DNA from: a virus
Direction: 5' to 3' (one strand)
Length of the DNA stretch: 64,000 bases
IMG/VR virus record: IMGVR_UViG_3300021170_000010
Location: 38,900-102,899 of that record
Under the pieces are notes generated by a model. The model searched no databases and was not told the DNA's origin. It saw nothing but the letters and a program-made list of their open reading frames with translations. The position numbers and the translations under genes were made by a program. This document shows, in pieces, positions 18,501-28,196 of this stretch (its first letter is position 1; each line of letters opens with the position of its first letter).

Positions 18501-18730
18501 CGACTGATCTTAATACGTATTCTACGCGCTTGTCTAGTAGTTTTTAGGATTATGCGCTATTCTTCGCGCCTAGATTCCGTAGAAAGTTGTTTACTTGCTA
18601 ACGCTTTACTGCGTAAACTAAATTCGGAAACGCTCTGCGGTTCCCGGCGGCTCTTCGGCGCTGAGAAACCTCCGTTGAGCAACGGAAAGTACCAAACTTT
18701 TCGTTGCGGCGTCCCCAAAATCCCTCAATC

Positions 18731-19186
18731 ATGCCGGTCGGCACGCGGATCACCCAGGATTCGATAGAGAAGTTCAGGTTCGACGGAGCGCTTCCGCTGC
18801 GCAGGCGCTCGGACGGCGCATTCCTCGATACCGTTTCGTTCTCGGACCTCCGCGCAGAAGTGATCGCCTACGACGTCGAAGCTGTCTTAACAGGTGACGG
18901 CAGGCCGAAGTACTTCCGCAGGATCGACGCGCAGAAGCCAGCCGTAGCTCCCGTCTTCGTGCCGCGCCGGTCTACTTCTCCCGAGATCTACCAGTCGAAC
19001 GTCAACGCGCTCTTCCAGCACGCGAAGATCCGCCACTACAAAGAACATCTCGACGCGGTGACCGTGGACCGTTCATCCGGATATCCGCGCGTCGTCGGAG
19101 AATCCGATTCATCCGGAGGATCGTTTACGTATTCGTTTCAGCTTCTTAGGTCGAAGCATGATCCGAGAAAGCGAGCCGAAATCTGA
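18731..19186 (+). CDS. hypothetical protein, first rightward gene
   Basis: Start MPVGT at 18731 after a divergent AT-rich spacer. Confidence 0.55.
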   Translation: MPVGTRITQDSIEKFRFDGALPLRRRSDGAFLDTVSFSDLRAEVIAYDVEAVLTGDGRPKYFRRIDAQKPAVAPVFVPRRSTSPEIYQSNVNALFQHAKIRHYKEHLDAVTVDRSSGYPRVVGESDSSGGSFTYSFQLLRSKHDPRKRAEI

Positions 19187-19443
19187 CGCGCCTCACCGTC
19201 CGTGAAGCTCAGGCCGTCGAATCGATGGCTTCCGGCTCCTGTCTGAAAGAAACCGCGCACGCTATGGGAATCTCGGAAGGTTCCCTTAAAGCCAGCCTCG
19301 GAATCGCTCACGCTCGTACCGGCATGTCCACGTACCAGCTCTGCTACGCGCTCGGCAGAGGTGAGATCGAAGTACGTAATCTGACGCGCGGCAAGCAGAA
19401 GATCGGCGTGCTCAAAGCTAATCTCCCGGAGAAGGCCGCATGA
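19183..19443 (+). CDS. LuxR-type HTH protein
   Basis: LTVREAQAVESMASG...KETAHAMGISEGS; the motif begins upstream of ATG 19225, CTG 19183 is a possible start. Confidence 0.65.
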   Translation: MTRLTVREAQAVESMASGSCLKETAHAMGISEGSLKASLGIAHARTGMSTYQLCYALGRGEIEVRNLTRGKQKIGVLKANLPEKAA

Positions 19444-20112
19444 CTACGCGCGGAGCGAAGTACCTGGCAGCCGAAAGAATGGCCCTCGCCGCGACGGAGG
19501 AAGCCGAAGCTGCGTCGCCGGAGCCTTCCGCGTCTATTCCCACCGTCCGCGCCTCCGCGCCGCTCTTCGAACTCGCTGCGGCCCACGACGGCCAGCCGCC
19601 GGAACCCTGGCTCGTCCGCTTGTTCCTGGTCCTCTTCGGGGATAGAGCCGCGAAGAAGATGGCGGTAGAATAAACGTATGGCGTGGCAGTTTAATCCTTC
19701 ATTTGAGACCGGTTCTCTAGTGACCGTCGCGTCTGATATCAGTCGCTACGGCGGACATTACGGATTTTCTTCTCCTAGTGGCGAAGCGTTTTTCAATAGG
19801 GCTATCGAAGAATTCCTTAAACCGAATCTAAACGGATGGCTGTCGCTTACGGGATCTATCTGCCGGGACTATATCGCGGATAGGTTTATTCTTTCGGTTC
19901 AAGGCGTTAAGCCGAACTTTGAGACGTTTACCTCTTCTAGGGTAATTGAATCGTCGAAACTTCGGAATAACGGACTGGAAGAGTTGCGCAACGGCGTAGA
20001 ATGGCTGGTCGATGAACTTAACGGAACCCACCGGAATCATCTACCGAAGTCTCCCGCGCCATCTTCCGCTATGATCGAACCGTCCGGTGAACGCCAGATC
20101 ATTCTCGATTGA
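19440..20112 (+). other. two hypothetical genes (19440-19673, 19678-20112)
   Basis: Coupled ORFs. Confidence 0.5.
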
Positions 20113-20182
20113 AGCGAGAAAGCGCTTAGTATTAGGATTTTTTATACTAACGCAGTAGCGTATTACGTAGGTTTACAGTATC

Positions 20183-20845
20183 GTGCCGATTGACCTCAAC
20201 GCCCCGTTTCTCTGGACTAAAAAGCGTGAGCAAGCCTGTGCTCTTCTCGTCGAAGGACGGCTCCAGGAATTCGAGATCTGCGCGAAGATCGGCGTTTCCC
20301 GCCAGTCTCTTCATGCCTGGAAGCAGCATTCGGAGTTTAAGGCGAAGTACGACGCGCTGTTCGAGGAATCAATCGAAGGCATCCGCAAGCGCTACTGGGC
20401 CGTAAAAGAGCGTCGGATCGAAAGCTATTTCTCCGACCTCGATAAACTTGAGCAGATCGAGAAGGAACGTGGCGAACAAGTAGCGCTTCTCGCGGCGCAG
20501 GAGCCCATAGGCGACGTCGAAGCGGAAGGCGGCGTAAACTACGCCGGTGGCGCTAGCACCGGATTCATCACGCGGGACTATCGCGGTAAGGACGGCCAGA
20601 AGGTCGTCTATCAATTTGACGCGGCTCTCTTTCAAGCGAAACTGACGGCGCGCAAGCAGCTTTCACAGGAACTCGGCCAGTGGGTTGAAAAGCAGGCGCA
20701 GACGACTCCGGATGGTGCGGAGGCCGCTACCACGAATCTGGCGCTGATTCCGAATGATAATCTCGTGAAGGCGATAGAGTTGCTGACGCCGAAGACGGAG
20801 CAGGCAGCGCCTCCGGCGCAGGTCGAAGGCGAAGAGAAGAAGTGA
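20183..20845 (+). CDS. terS: terminase small subunit (HTH type)
   Basis: EICAKIGVSRQSLHAWKQHSEF HTH; ELGQW motif; upstream of TerL. Confidence 0.7.
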   Translation: MPIDLNAPFLWTKKREQACALLVEGRLQEFEICAKIGVSRQSLHAWKQHSEFKAKYDALFEESIEGIRKRYWAVKERRIESYFSDLDKLEQIEKERGEQVALLAAQEPIGDVEAEGGVNYAGGASTGFITRDYRGKDGQKVVYQFDAALFQAKLTARKQLSQELGQWVEKQAQTTPDGAEAATTNLALIPNDNLVKAIELLTPKTEQAAPPAQVEGEEKK

Positions 20846-21038
20846 TGCTTACGCTTATCGATAGAAACGGAACGCGTGAACGTCCTATCTGCGTCGAATG
20901 CCGGAAGTTTCATAGACCTGAAAATTGTCCGAAACTCCGAGCGAAAAAGCGGCGTAAGCGGCTCGCAGATAAGCGCTTCTTCGAGGGATTAATTGCCTAT
21001 CGAGAAGCGCTTGAGGCTGCGCGAGAGGCTCGTCAGGC

Positions 21039-21602
21039 GTGAGCGGTACGCGAAAAAACTGTAGCGTTCAGGGTGCTACAGTTAAGGTCCAAAGTGTAGC
21101 GTCTTGGGCGCTACAGTTTCCAGTATCATGGTCACGTAAGCCGTCTAGCGTAACCCTAGACTTTTCTTTGAGTTCTCTCGCCTATCGGCTATATGATCTG
21201 CTAGCGCTAAAGAATTATAAGAAGCACTTCGGAACGAATTTGGTCGAAGCGTCGGCGCGCGAACTCGCTCCAGTAGTTAAAAAACATCCAACAACTGTAG
21301 CGCGGGCATTGAAGGAATTGGAAGGCGTTCGACCGGAGGGGCAACCGAGGGGACACGCCCATACTGAACGCCTTAGCAGGCGCGGTCAGAAGTCTTTATA
21401 TCGGTTGACTTCTCTCGTATTCGATCAAGCCGTACGAGTTGAAGCGGCTCCGAATCAAGTCGTCGATGTCCAGGGCCGAGACTTGGAGAAAGTACGCTCT
21501 TCCCGTTATTGTCCGAAGTGCGGAAGAAAGGCTCGTAGTACTTCAGGAGTCTGCGACCGCTGCTTAAAGGATTGGGCCAAAAAGACTCAACAGGCCGGAT
21601 AA
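21039..21602 (+). CDS. winged-HTH protein with C-terminal zinc ribbon
   Basis: SARELA...TTVARALKELE; CPKC..CDRC. Confidence 0.55.
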   Translation: MSGTRKNCSVQGATVKVQSVASWALQFPVSWSRKPSSVTLDFSLSSLAYRLYDLLALKNYKKHFGTNLVEASARELAPVVKKHPTTVARALKELEGVRPEGQPRGHAHTERLSRRGQKSLYRLTSLVFDQAVRVEAAPNQVVDVQGRDLEKVRSSRYCPKCGRKARSTSGVCDRCLKDWAKKTQQAG

Positions 21603-21942
21603 AGAAATTGGTCGTTATTGAAAAAGACGGAACGGAAAAGCGCCGATGCGCGTGGTGCGAAACGCTCCGTACCGATACGTATTGCTGCAATCCTGAGCGG
21701 CGTAAGGTTAACCGTCAGTACATGTGCGGTCAATGCCATACGTCGATACTCCAGCACGTCATCGCGCATTACCAAGAGCAGATCTCGAATGGAACTCCGC
21801 GTGAAGAGCGCATGGTCCTAATGCCGCTAAGAGTTTTCAGCAACAAACTTTGCGATGAAATTAGGGATGCTCTTCAGGAGATCGACGATAGACCTAACGT
21901 GATACCGTTTCCCTGCGGGAACGCGTCTTAAAGGTAATCTAA

Positions 21943-22110
21943 ATGACCATCTTCATTTCACTGCTCGTAGCTCTCGTCGGCGTGCTGATGTACGCCTTAA
22001 GCGTCAACCCAAAACTCCAGGAGATCGGGCGCATCTCGTTCTTCTGCGGCCTGTTCGTCTTCCTGCTCCGGCTCAGTCCGGAGACGGTGTCACTGTTCGG
22101 CGCTCACTGA
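21943..22110 (+). CDS. small two-TM membrane protein (55 aa)
   Basis: Hand-translated MTIFISLLVALVGVLMYALSVNPKLQEIGRISFFCGLFVFLLRL... Confidence 0.65.
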   Translation: MTIFISLLVALVGVLMYALSVNPKLQEIGRISFFCGLFVFLLRLSPETVSLFGAH

Positions 22111-22113
22111 TCA

Positions 22114-22335
22114 ATGCCGATGCCGTTTCCTTCCGCTCCGTCCGATTACGTTATGCTGACGTGCGCCGTCGTGCTCGTTGCCATACTGATCGTCTGGATG
22201 TGGAAGCCGCGCTCTCAGCGCTATCCGCAGTGGCGCTGCGGCGGTTGCGGAAAGAATTTTACGGTTCTCGACGTTCAATCCCCTGGTTACGTGATCGAAT
22301 GTCCGAACTGCGCGAAGAAGGAGAACGTCCGCTAG
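22114..22335 (+). CDS. TM plus zinc-ribbon small protein
   Basis: Hydrophobic stretch, then CGGC..CPNC. Confidence 0.55.
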   Translation: MPMPFPSAPSDYVMLTCAVVLVAILIVWMWKPRSQRYPQWRCGGCGKNFTVLDVQSPGYVIECPNCAKKENVR

Positions 22336-23886
22336 ATGGCCGCAGCTCTCGTAGTTCCCGGCGTAGGACGCGTCACGCTGACGGACCTTCACCGCGAGCT
22401 TGCGCGCCGTGACGCCCTTTACTTCGACTGGTGGACTTCGGACTTCAAGCGCTCACGTCCTAAGCATCTTCAATTCATCAGCGAAAAGATCTGTAGGCAG
22501 CTGGATCGCGGCGGCGCGCGCATCATCGTCTGCGCTCCTCCAGGCCACGGTAAATCCGAACTGATCAGCCGCGCGGTGTCGGCGTGGTTTATTTGGAAGT
22601 ATCCGGAGCGGCGCATCGGATTGCTCGGATATTCCGATGCGTTCGCGGATTCGTGGGGACGGAAGGTACGTGACCTCCTCGTCGAACACTCCGAACTCGG
22701 CGTGGCGCTCGATCAGGGGAAAGACGCGGCAGTCGGAGAGTGGCGCACGAAGAAGGGCGGCGGAATGATCTGCGCCGGAATTATGGGCGGAATCATGGGG
22801 CGCAGGCTTCACCTTGCAACTGTCGATGATCCCGTCAAAAATGCCGCCGACGCTTATTCTCCGACGTACCAGTACAACATGAGGCAGACGTATCAATCGA
22901 CCATCGGCAGCCGCTTGGAGCCAAACGCATCTGTGATCGTCACGATGCAGCGCTGGCCTTCGAGCGACTTCGTTACTTGGTTGATCGAGCAGAAGGAATC
23001 CGGACGTGAAGATTGGGAATTGATCCTGCTGCCAGCCATCGCTGAAGCGGACGACCCGATAGGACGTCAGATGGGCGAGCCGCTCTGGCCGGAGCGCTAC
23101 GACCTCAACGCCCTGGAAGCCAAGCGCCTCTCGCTCGAAGATCCGGCCTTCTGGCGCTCGCAGTGGCAGCAGTCGCCGCCGGAGGCATCTACCGAAGGTC
23201 TGGCGTATCACGCCTTCAGCGCGCAGCATTCCTTCGTTCCCTGCGACTACGATCCGAAGCTGCCGCTCTGCTTGGCCTGCGATTTCAACGTTGACCCGAT
23301 GGCGTGGCTGATCGCGCAGGTCCAGCGCGACTTCTCGCCGCAGTGGTACGACACAATGGGACTCGTCACTCATGAGGAGACGAGCAACAAGACCATCCGC
23401 ATCCTCGACGAGATCTTCCTCGCGAACACGACCACGCAGGCGGCGACGTATGAATTCATAGAGCGCGCCGAACGGCTAGTACCGCGCGGCCAGAAGATCG
23501 AGGTCATAGTCTACGGCGACGCCAGCGGCCATTCTAGGAAGACTTCCGGCTTGATGGACTACCGCGTCATCCAGGAGCGGCTCGAACGCGCTGGCAGGTT
23601 CGTGGTTTCAGTGCGGGCTACGCATAAAGATCCTCCGGTACGCGACCGCGTTACGACGGTGAACAACGCATTTCTGAACGCTCGCGGAGAGCGGCGCTTG
23701 CTGGTAGATCCGCGATGCAAAGAATTGAAGAAAGACTTCATGCAGATGAGGTGGAAGCGCGACGTCGCTGGAAATCCGACGGGCGAACTGGATAAGTCGA
23801 ACACGCAGCGGTCGCACATAAGCGACGCGCTCGGATACCTATGCTGGGGCGAACTCAAGATGCAGGGAAAGGCAGGCTGGCAATGA
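22336..23886 (+). CDS. terL: terminase large subunit
   Basis: Walker A APPGHGKS, Walker B TVDDP, MQRW, nuclease CDFN, YGDASG, HISDALGY. Confidence 0.95.
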   Translation: MAAALVVPGVGRVTLTDLHRELARRDALYFDWWTSDFKRSRPKHLQFISEKICRQLDRGGARIIVCAPPGHGKSELISRAVSAWFIWKYPERRIGLLGYSDAFADSWGRKVRDLLVEHSELGVALDQGKDAAVGEWRTKKGGGMICAGIMGGIMGRRLHLATVDDPVKNAADAYSPTYQYNMRQTYQSTIGSRLEPNASVIVTMQRWPSSDFVTWLIEQKESGREDWELILLPAIAEADDPIGRQMGEPLWPERYDLNALEAKRLSLEDPAFWRSQWQQSPPEASTEGLAYHAFSAQHSFVPCDYDPKLPLCLACDFNVDPMAWLIAQVQRDFSPQWYDTMGLVTHEETSNKTIRILDEIFLANTTTQAATYEFIERAERLVPRGQKIEVIVYGDASGHSRKTSGLMDYRVIQERLERAGRFVVSVRATHKDPPVRDRVTTVNNAFLNARGERRLLVDPRCKELKKDFMQMRWKRDVAGNPTGELDKSNTQRSHISDALGYLCWGELKMQGKAGWQ

Positions 23887-24097
23887 AACTTCTTTTGACC
23901 GATACGCTGTTGTTCCTTCTGGAGAACGCGCGGAGGACGGGCGACAACGCCGCGCACCAGAAAGCTACGCAACTGACGGCTGCGTTCGAAGCGGAAATGA
24001 GGGCGTCGTCGGAAGAACCTGAAGCCGCGCAGCAGAAACCGACCAAACCGGTCCTGACTGGGATCATAACTGGATCTCAAACGCCGGAGAAGCTGAA

Positions 24098-24472
24098 GTG
24101 ACCAAGTACGAATTCACCGTCACGATTGGAGCGTCTGCGCTGAACTTGGCGGCGCAGGCATTTCTCGGAACGGTCAACGTGGCGTATCCCGCAGGATGGA
24201 TCGCGGCATACGGAACCGGTACCTTGCGAGCGGCCAAGCTGTCGTTTCAAATGCTCGAAGGTGGATCGGGGCGCGGGTTCGTCGGCAATTCTTCCGTGAC
24301 CGCAGCCGGTGCGAACGCGGATTACGAGTTGGCGGCGGCTTCGGCGACGGCTCCCGGCGGATTCGCCAGCGTCGAATCCCATACAGACGCGAACATCGTA
24401 GACCTCGCGCAGTACTGGATCCACGGCTCGAATTCCGGCGACAAGGCGCTGGTAAGCTTCCAGACCGTTTAA
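24098..24472 (+). CDS. small beta-rich virion protein (possible head decoration)
   Basis: Ala/Gly/Ser-rich beta pattern between TerL and portal. Confidence 0.45.
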   Translation: MTKYEFTVTIGASALNLAAQAFLGTVNVAYPAGWIAAYGTGTLRAAKLSFQMLEGGSGRGFVGNSSVTAAGANADYELAAASATAPGGFASVESHTDANIVDLAQYWIHGSNSGDKALVSFQTV

Positions 24473-26058
24473 TGCCGACCGTAAAACAACTCGACCGGAA
24501 GCATCCTGAGTGGCAGCTTCGTTCCGATCAGTGGGAGAACATCCGACTGCTCTACGAAGGAGCCATAGAGATGAAGAACAACGGCGACAACTTCGTGCCG
24601 CGCAGGCCGAAGGAGATGTTCGACGTGTTCTACGAGCGCCAGCGGCGGTTGACGTATCAGAACATACTGCAATCGGCCCTAGGCTGGTACCTCGGCAAAC
24701 TATTCCAGAATGATCCGGAGATCAAACCCAGCGCTAAAGAGAACAACTCCGACGACCGCTTCGCGGCGTTCCTTCAGGACTGCGATCAGTGCGGCGGCAC
24801 GTTCGTCAACGTCGCCGGTCGCCAGCTTCTCGAAATGATGATGCTCTATCGAAGGGCGTTCGTCCTGATCGACAAGCCGAAGCGTCCGGACCCGAGCGTC
24901 GCCACGATCAACACGCGCGCTGATGAGAAGGCGCTCGGACTCGATCAGCCGTACGTCGTCTTGTACGAGCCGAAGAACGTATTTAATTGGCAGCTCGACA
25001 AGTACGGGAACCTGAAGTGGATCATCATCAAGACCGTGGAAGACGACCAGGACGATCCTCTCGGTCCATCACAGCGCGTCGCGAACTGGTACGTCTTCGA
25101 CCGGCAGAAGTTCCAGCACTTCCAGTTCAAGAGTCCGGAGAAGGATACCCGTAACATAGCGGCGTTCTGGAAGGATTCCGTCCTTGACGACGAGAACGCG
25201 CAGCCGGAACTCGTCGATGCGGGGCCGCACGCTTTATCCGCGTTCGATCAGGTCCCGGTTAGGTGCTGCGAGCTTCCGCTGTCTCTCTGGTTTGCCAACC
25301 GGACGTATCTCCAGATCCTGGAGCACGTCGATCAATACAATGGCTATACGTGGAAGCTGTTCATGTCGAACTACCCTCAACTCGTGATCCAGACGGAGAG
25401 GGAGCTCACCGGGATCACGAAGAGCGAGGTATCGTTCGTTCAGCTCGATCCGAACGATAAGATCTTCTACCTGGAACCGGACGGAAAATCCCTCGACCAT
25501 TCGCGGATGCAGTTGATGGATCTCAGACAGGAGGTCTATCGCGGCTTCCACCTTCAGGCTCAGGCGAAGCAGAACACGGCGACTGCGGACGGCGCTTCGG
25601 GGTACTCGAAAGAGATGGAGATGGCTCCGGCGGTTGACATGCTGGCCGCGTTCGGCGACATCCTTCGCGCGCAGCAGCAGTTAATCCTAACGGACTACAA
25701 GAAGTGCGCCGGGATGCCGTACGATGGAACGGACCAGCCGGACGTGAACGGCTACCGCTTCGAGACGAAGCCGATCATGCAGAATATCGCCGTGGCGCAG
25801 GCCGTCGTCGATCTCGGTTTACCGGACAAGTCTCCGACGCTGGAGCGCTACCTCGACAAGCAGGTCGCCATAGCGGCCATGGACGGCGCGAACGAAGACG
25901 ATAAGGAAGCCGCATTAAAAGAGATCGACGAGGCTCCGACGCGGAAGGAGCAGAAGGACGCGGAACAGCAGGCGCAGGCCGACGCGTTCCAGAAGTCGTT
26001 CCAGCGGAACACGGCGAAGCAAGTGATCGCCGGAGAACAGGCCGCAGTGGCGGCATAG
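24472..26058 (+). CDS. portal protein
   Basis: Start MPTVKQL at 24472; HPEW...LLYEG...P.RPKE....Y.R..R..Y.N; ASG.SK motif; position after TerL. Confidence 0.85.
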   Translation: MPTVKQLDRKHPEWQLRSDQWENIRLLYEGAIEMKNNGDNFVPRRPKEMFDVFYERQRRLTYQNILQSALGWYLGKLFQNDPEIKPSAKENNSDDRFAAFLQDCDQCGGTFVNVAGRQLLEMMMLYRRAFVLIDKPKRPDPSVATINTRADEKALGLDQPYVVLYEPKNVFNWQLDKYGNLKWIIIKTVEDDQDDPLGPSQRVANWYVFDRQKFQHFQFKSPEKDTRNIAAFWKDSVLDDENAQPELVDAGPHALSAFDQVPVRCCELPLSLWFANRTYLQILEHVDQYNGYTWKLFMSNYPQLVIQTERELTGITKSEVSFVQLDPNDKIFYLEPDGKSLDHSRMQLMDLRQEVYRGFHLQAQAKQNTATADGASGYSKEMEMAPAVDMLAAFGDILRAQQQLILTDYKKCAGMPYDGTDQPDVNGYRFETKPIMQNIAVAQAVVDLGLPDKSPTLERYLDKQVAIAAMDGANEDDKEAALKEIDEAPTRKEQKDAEQQAQADAFQKSFQRNTAKQVIAGEQAAVAA

Positions 26059-26092
26059 AAGTAAACTTCCATACTTACGCAGGAGAAATGAA

Positions 26093-26770
26093 ATGAAAGA
26101 AACGAGACGCAGAATCTTCCAGATGATCGCAGCACTATTCGGCGGTACTACCGTCGCTTCGGCCCTACCTTCCGTTCGCCGTCCGCTTCCCACTGGAGCA
26201 GAGATACTGAAGTCCTTCGACGCGCGGGATTGGGCCAAGGCGTTCGTCGCGCACGTCCACCAGATTCCCAGTATCGCAACGGACGAAGAGACGATGTCGG
26301 GATGGTTCGCTAACGCGCTGATGCGCGGATTCGATGAGGCAAAGCAAAAAGCGGAACGGCTTATGCGCCGTCCGTACGCGGTTCCGCCAGTTCTTTGGTA
26401 CGAGAACGAACGCGGAGAGCGATGGATACCGGTATCACTGGATAAACTACAGTCTCCAGATGATTCTCCAGAAGGATTCAAATACCAACGTTCTCAGTTT
26501 CCGTGCGAGTTGCACGATTCGTGTTGCACTACGCGCGGACAGGTTATGAGCGGTTCGTCCGGATGGAATGAAGAACTCGTTATGGCACTCGCCACGACCG
26601 GATATAAACTCGGAGAGGCCATCTTGATCGTAGGTAATATGTGTGAGCGCTGCACGAACGCAGCCGCATACTGGTACGGTCTCGATTGGGGATACGCAAA
26701 TGGTTCTATCGAGTGGCGCAGAGCGAATACGGAGTGTGAGTTTTGCGCTCCGAGAAAAGTATCCGCTTAG
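26093..26770 (+). CDS. hypothetical protein with twin-arginine-like N-terminus
   Basis: TRRRIFQMIAALFGG..VASA; DARDWAKAF...GWFANA segment; C-terminal Cys motifs. Confidence 0.55.
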   Translation: MKETRRRIFQMIAALFGGTTVASALPSVRRPLPTGAEILKSFDARDWAKAFVAHVHQIPSIATDEETMSGWFANALMRGFDEAKQKAERLMRRPYAVPPVLWYENERGERWIPVSLDKLQSPDDSPEGFKYQRSQFPCELHDSCCTTRGQVMSGSSGWNEELVMALATTGYKLGEAILIVGNMCERCTNAAAYWYGLDWGYANGSIEWRRANTECEFCAPRKVSA

Positions 26771-26803
26771 AAAGTCTTTACCTACTTACGCAGTGAGGAT
26801 CAA

Positions 26804-27250
26804 ATGAGTCAACTAACGTTCAGGAGTTCACGCATCATCTACTACGGACCACACGCTTGCGAAAACTGCGGCGCGATGGTCTGTAAAATGTCAATAGAGT
26901 TCGGCGGCAACGCTTTTAACTACCCGTCGGAGCCGATCTATCCGAACACGGAATGGCATGCCCACGTCTGCGATCCGAAGGCTACGGTCGAGTGGAAGTC
27001 GCGACCGGGATATCACGGAACGGTAGAACCTCCGAGCCATCCAGCACCGTCTAGCGCAGGCATCTATCAGGACGTTACGGACTCTAGCGGTCGCGTATTC
27101 CGATTTGAAGAAGCGACTTCGTCTTCCGGACGTTTAGCGACGGCGTATACGCCAGAAGATTTTGACGGCTATCACGCGCGGATTGGTGACCGTGTCCAAT
27201 TTACTTCGGATAGTAAAGGCGGAATCACTAGCTATCGGAGGATCGCATGA
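26804..27250 (+). CDS. hypothetical protein with zinc ribbon
   Basis: CENC...HVC. Confidence 0.55.
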   Translation: MSQLTFRSSRIIYYGPHACENCGAMVCKMSIEFGGNAFNYPSEPIYPNTEWHAHVCDPKATVEWKSRPGYHGTVEPPSHPAPSSAGIYQDVTDSSGRVFRFEEATSSSGRLATAYTPEDFDGYHARIGDRVQFTSDSKGGITSYRRIA

Positions 27251-27615
27251 ACCTCCGATACTGTCCGCTCTCCCACGTTTCCCGAGAAGATCAATGCACG
27301 CGCCTTACTCAGCACGGGATGGTGCGCTCCGGCCTCCACTGCCCGCAGTGCCGAGCGCTGACGAAGCGCGTCGGTGACTTAGAATCCATGGCACCGCGCT
27401 TGCTAGACGTGCTCGTCGCAGTTCACTCAGGAGCGTCGAACAAGCGGATCGCCTTCACGCTCGGCATCGGAGCGCGAACCGTCAACGTTCTCGTGAGCCG
27501 CATGCTGGCCGCAACTGGATGCTCGAATAGAACAGAAGCCGCGCTGCTTTGGGAGCGCGCGCTCGCGAGCACAAAAGTATCCGCGCCGAAGCGCAGATTG
27601 GCGGTGGTGGCATGA
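27247..27615 (+). CDS. LuxR-type HTH protein
   Basis: GASNKRIAFTLGIGARTV..LVSRM...G.SNRTEAA. Confidence 0.8.
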   Translation: MNLRYCPLSHVSREDQCTRLTQHGMVRSGLHCPQCRALTKRVGDLESMAPRLLDVLVAVHSGASNKRIAFTLGIGARTVNVLVSRMLAATGCSNRTEAALLWERALASTKVSAPKRRLAVVA

Positions 27616-28196
27616 TGCTCACCGTGCGTCCCAGCTACGCCTTCGACCTCGTCGATACGAAGACGGTCTTTTCGATTCCGGTTCCGCCGCGACTCTCCGG
27701 AGGCGTCACGGTCCTAGAGACGTGCGCGCTTCTGTCATTCGCCAAATGGCTGGAAGGAAAGCGCGGTCCGAACGGTGCTTCTATGTTCGAGTTCGGAACG
27801 TTCAAGGGACAGACGACGCGAACTATAGTCCTGAATCTTCCGGCTCTGGCCGTATCGACGCTTGATTTGAATCCATCGCTATCCGACGTTCTGCTCAACG
27901 GGAGTCTCAACGTCACGCGATTGAAGGGTCATTCCGGATCGTTCGACTTCGCGCCGTTCAGCAAAACGTTCGACCTGATCTTTATCGACGGAGGTCACGA
28001 CTACTATACAGTAAAGTCCGATACAGAGAACGCCGTTCGCATGGTTCGTCCCGGCGGAATAATCGTCTGGCACGACTACGGCACTCCGGAGTGGGACGTC
28101 ACCAAGTATCTCGACGAGGTAGCGGAGACGCTGAACATCCATCGCGTGGAAGAGACGAGCCTCTGCTTCTATGAGGAGCCGGGGGTGGCAGCGTGA
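27612..28196 (+). CDS. class I SAM methyltransferase (Methyltransf_24-like)
   Basis: FEFGTFKG; FDLIFIDGGHDY..VKSD; PGGIIVWHDY. Confidence 0.9.
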   Translation: MMLTVRPSYAFDLVDTKTVFSIPVPPRLSGGVTVLETCALLSFAKWLEGKRGPNGASMFEFGTFKGQTTRTIVLNLPALAVSTLDLNPSLSDVLLNGSLNVTRLKGHSGSFDFAPFSKTFDLIFIDGGHDYYTVKSDTENAVRMVRPGGIIVWHDYGTPEWDVTKYLDEVAETLNIHRVEETSLCFYEEPGVAA

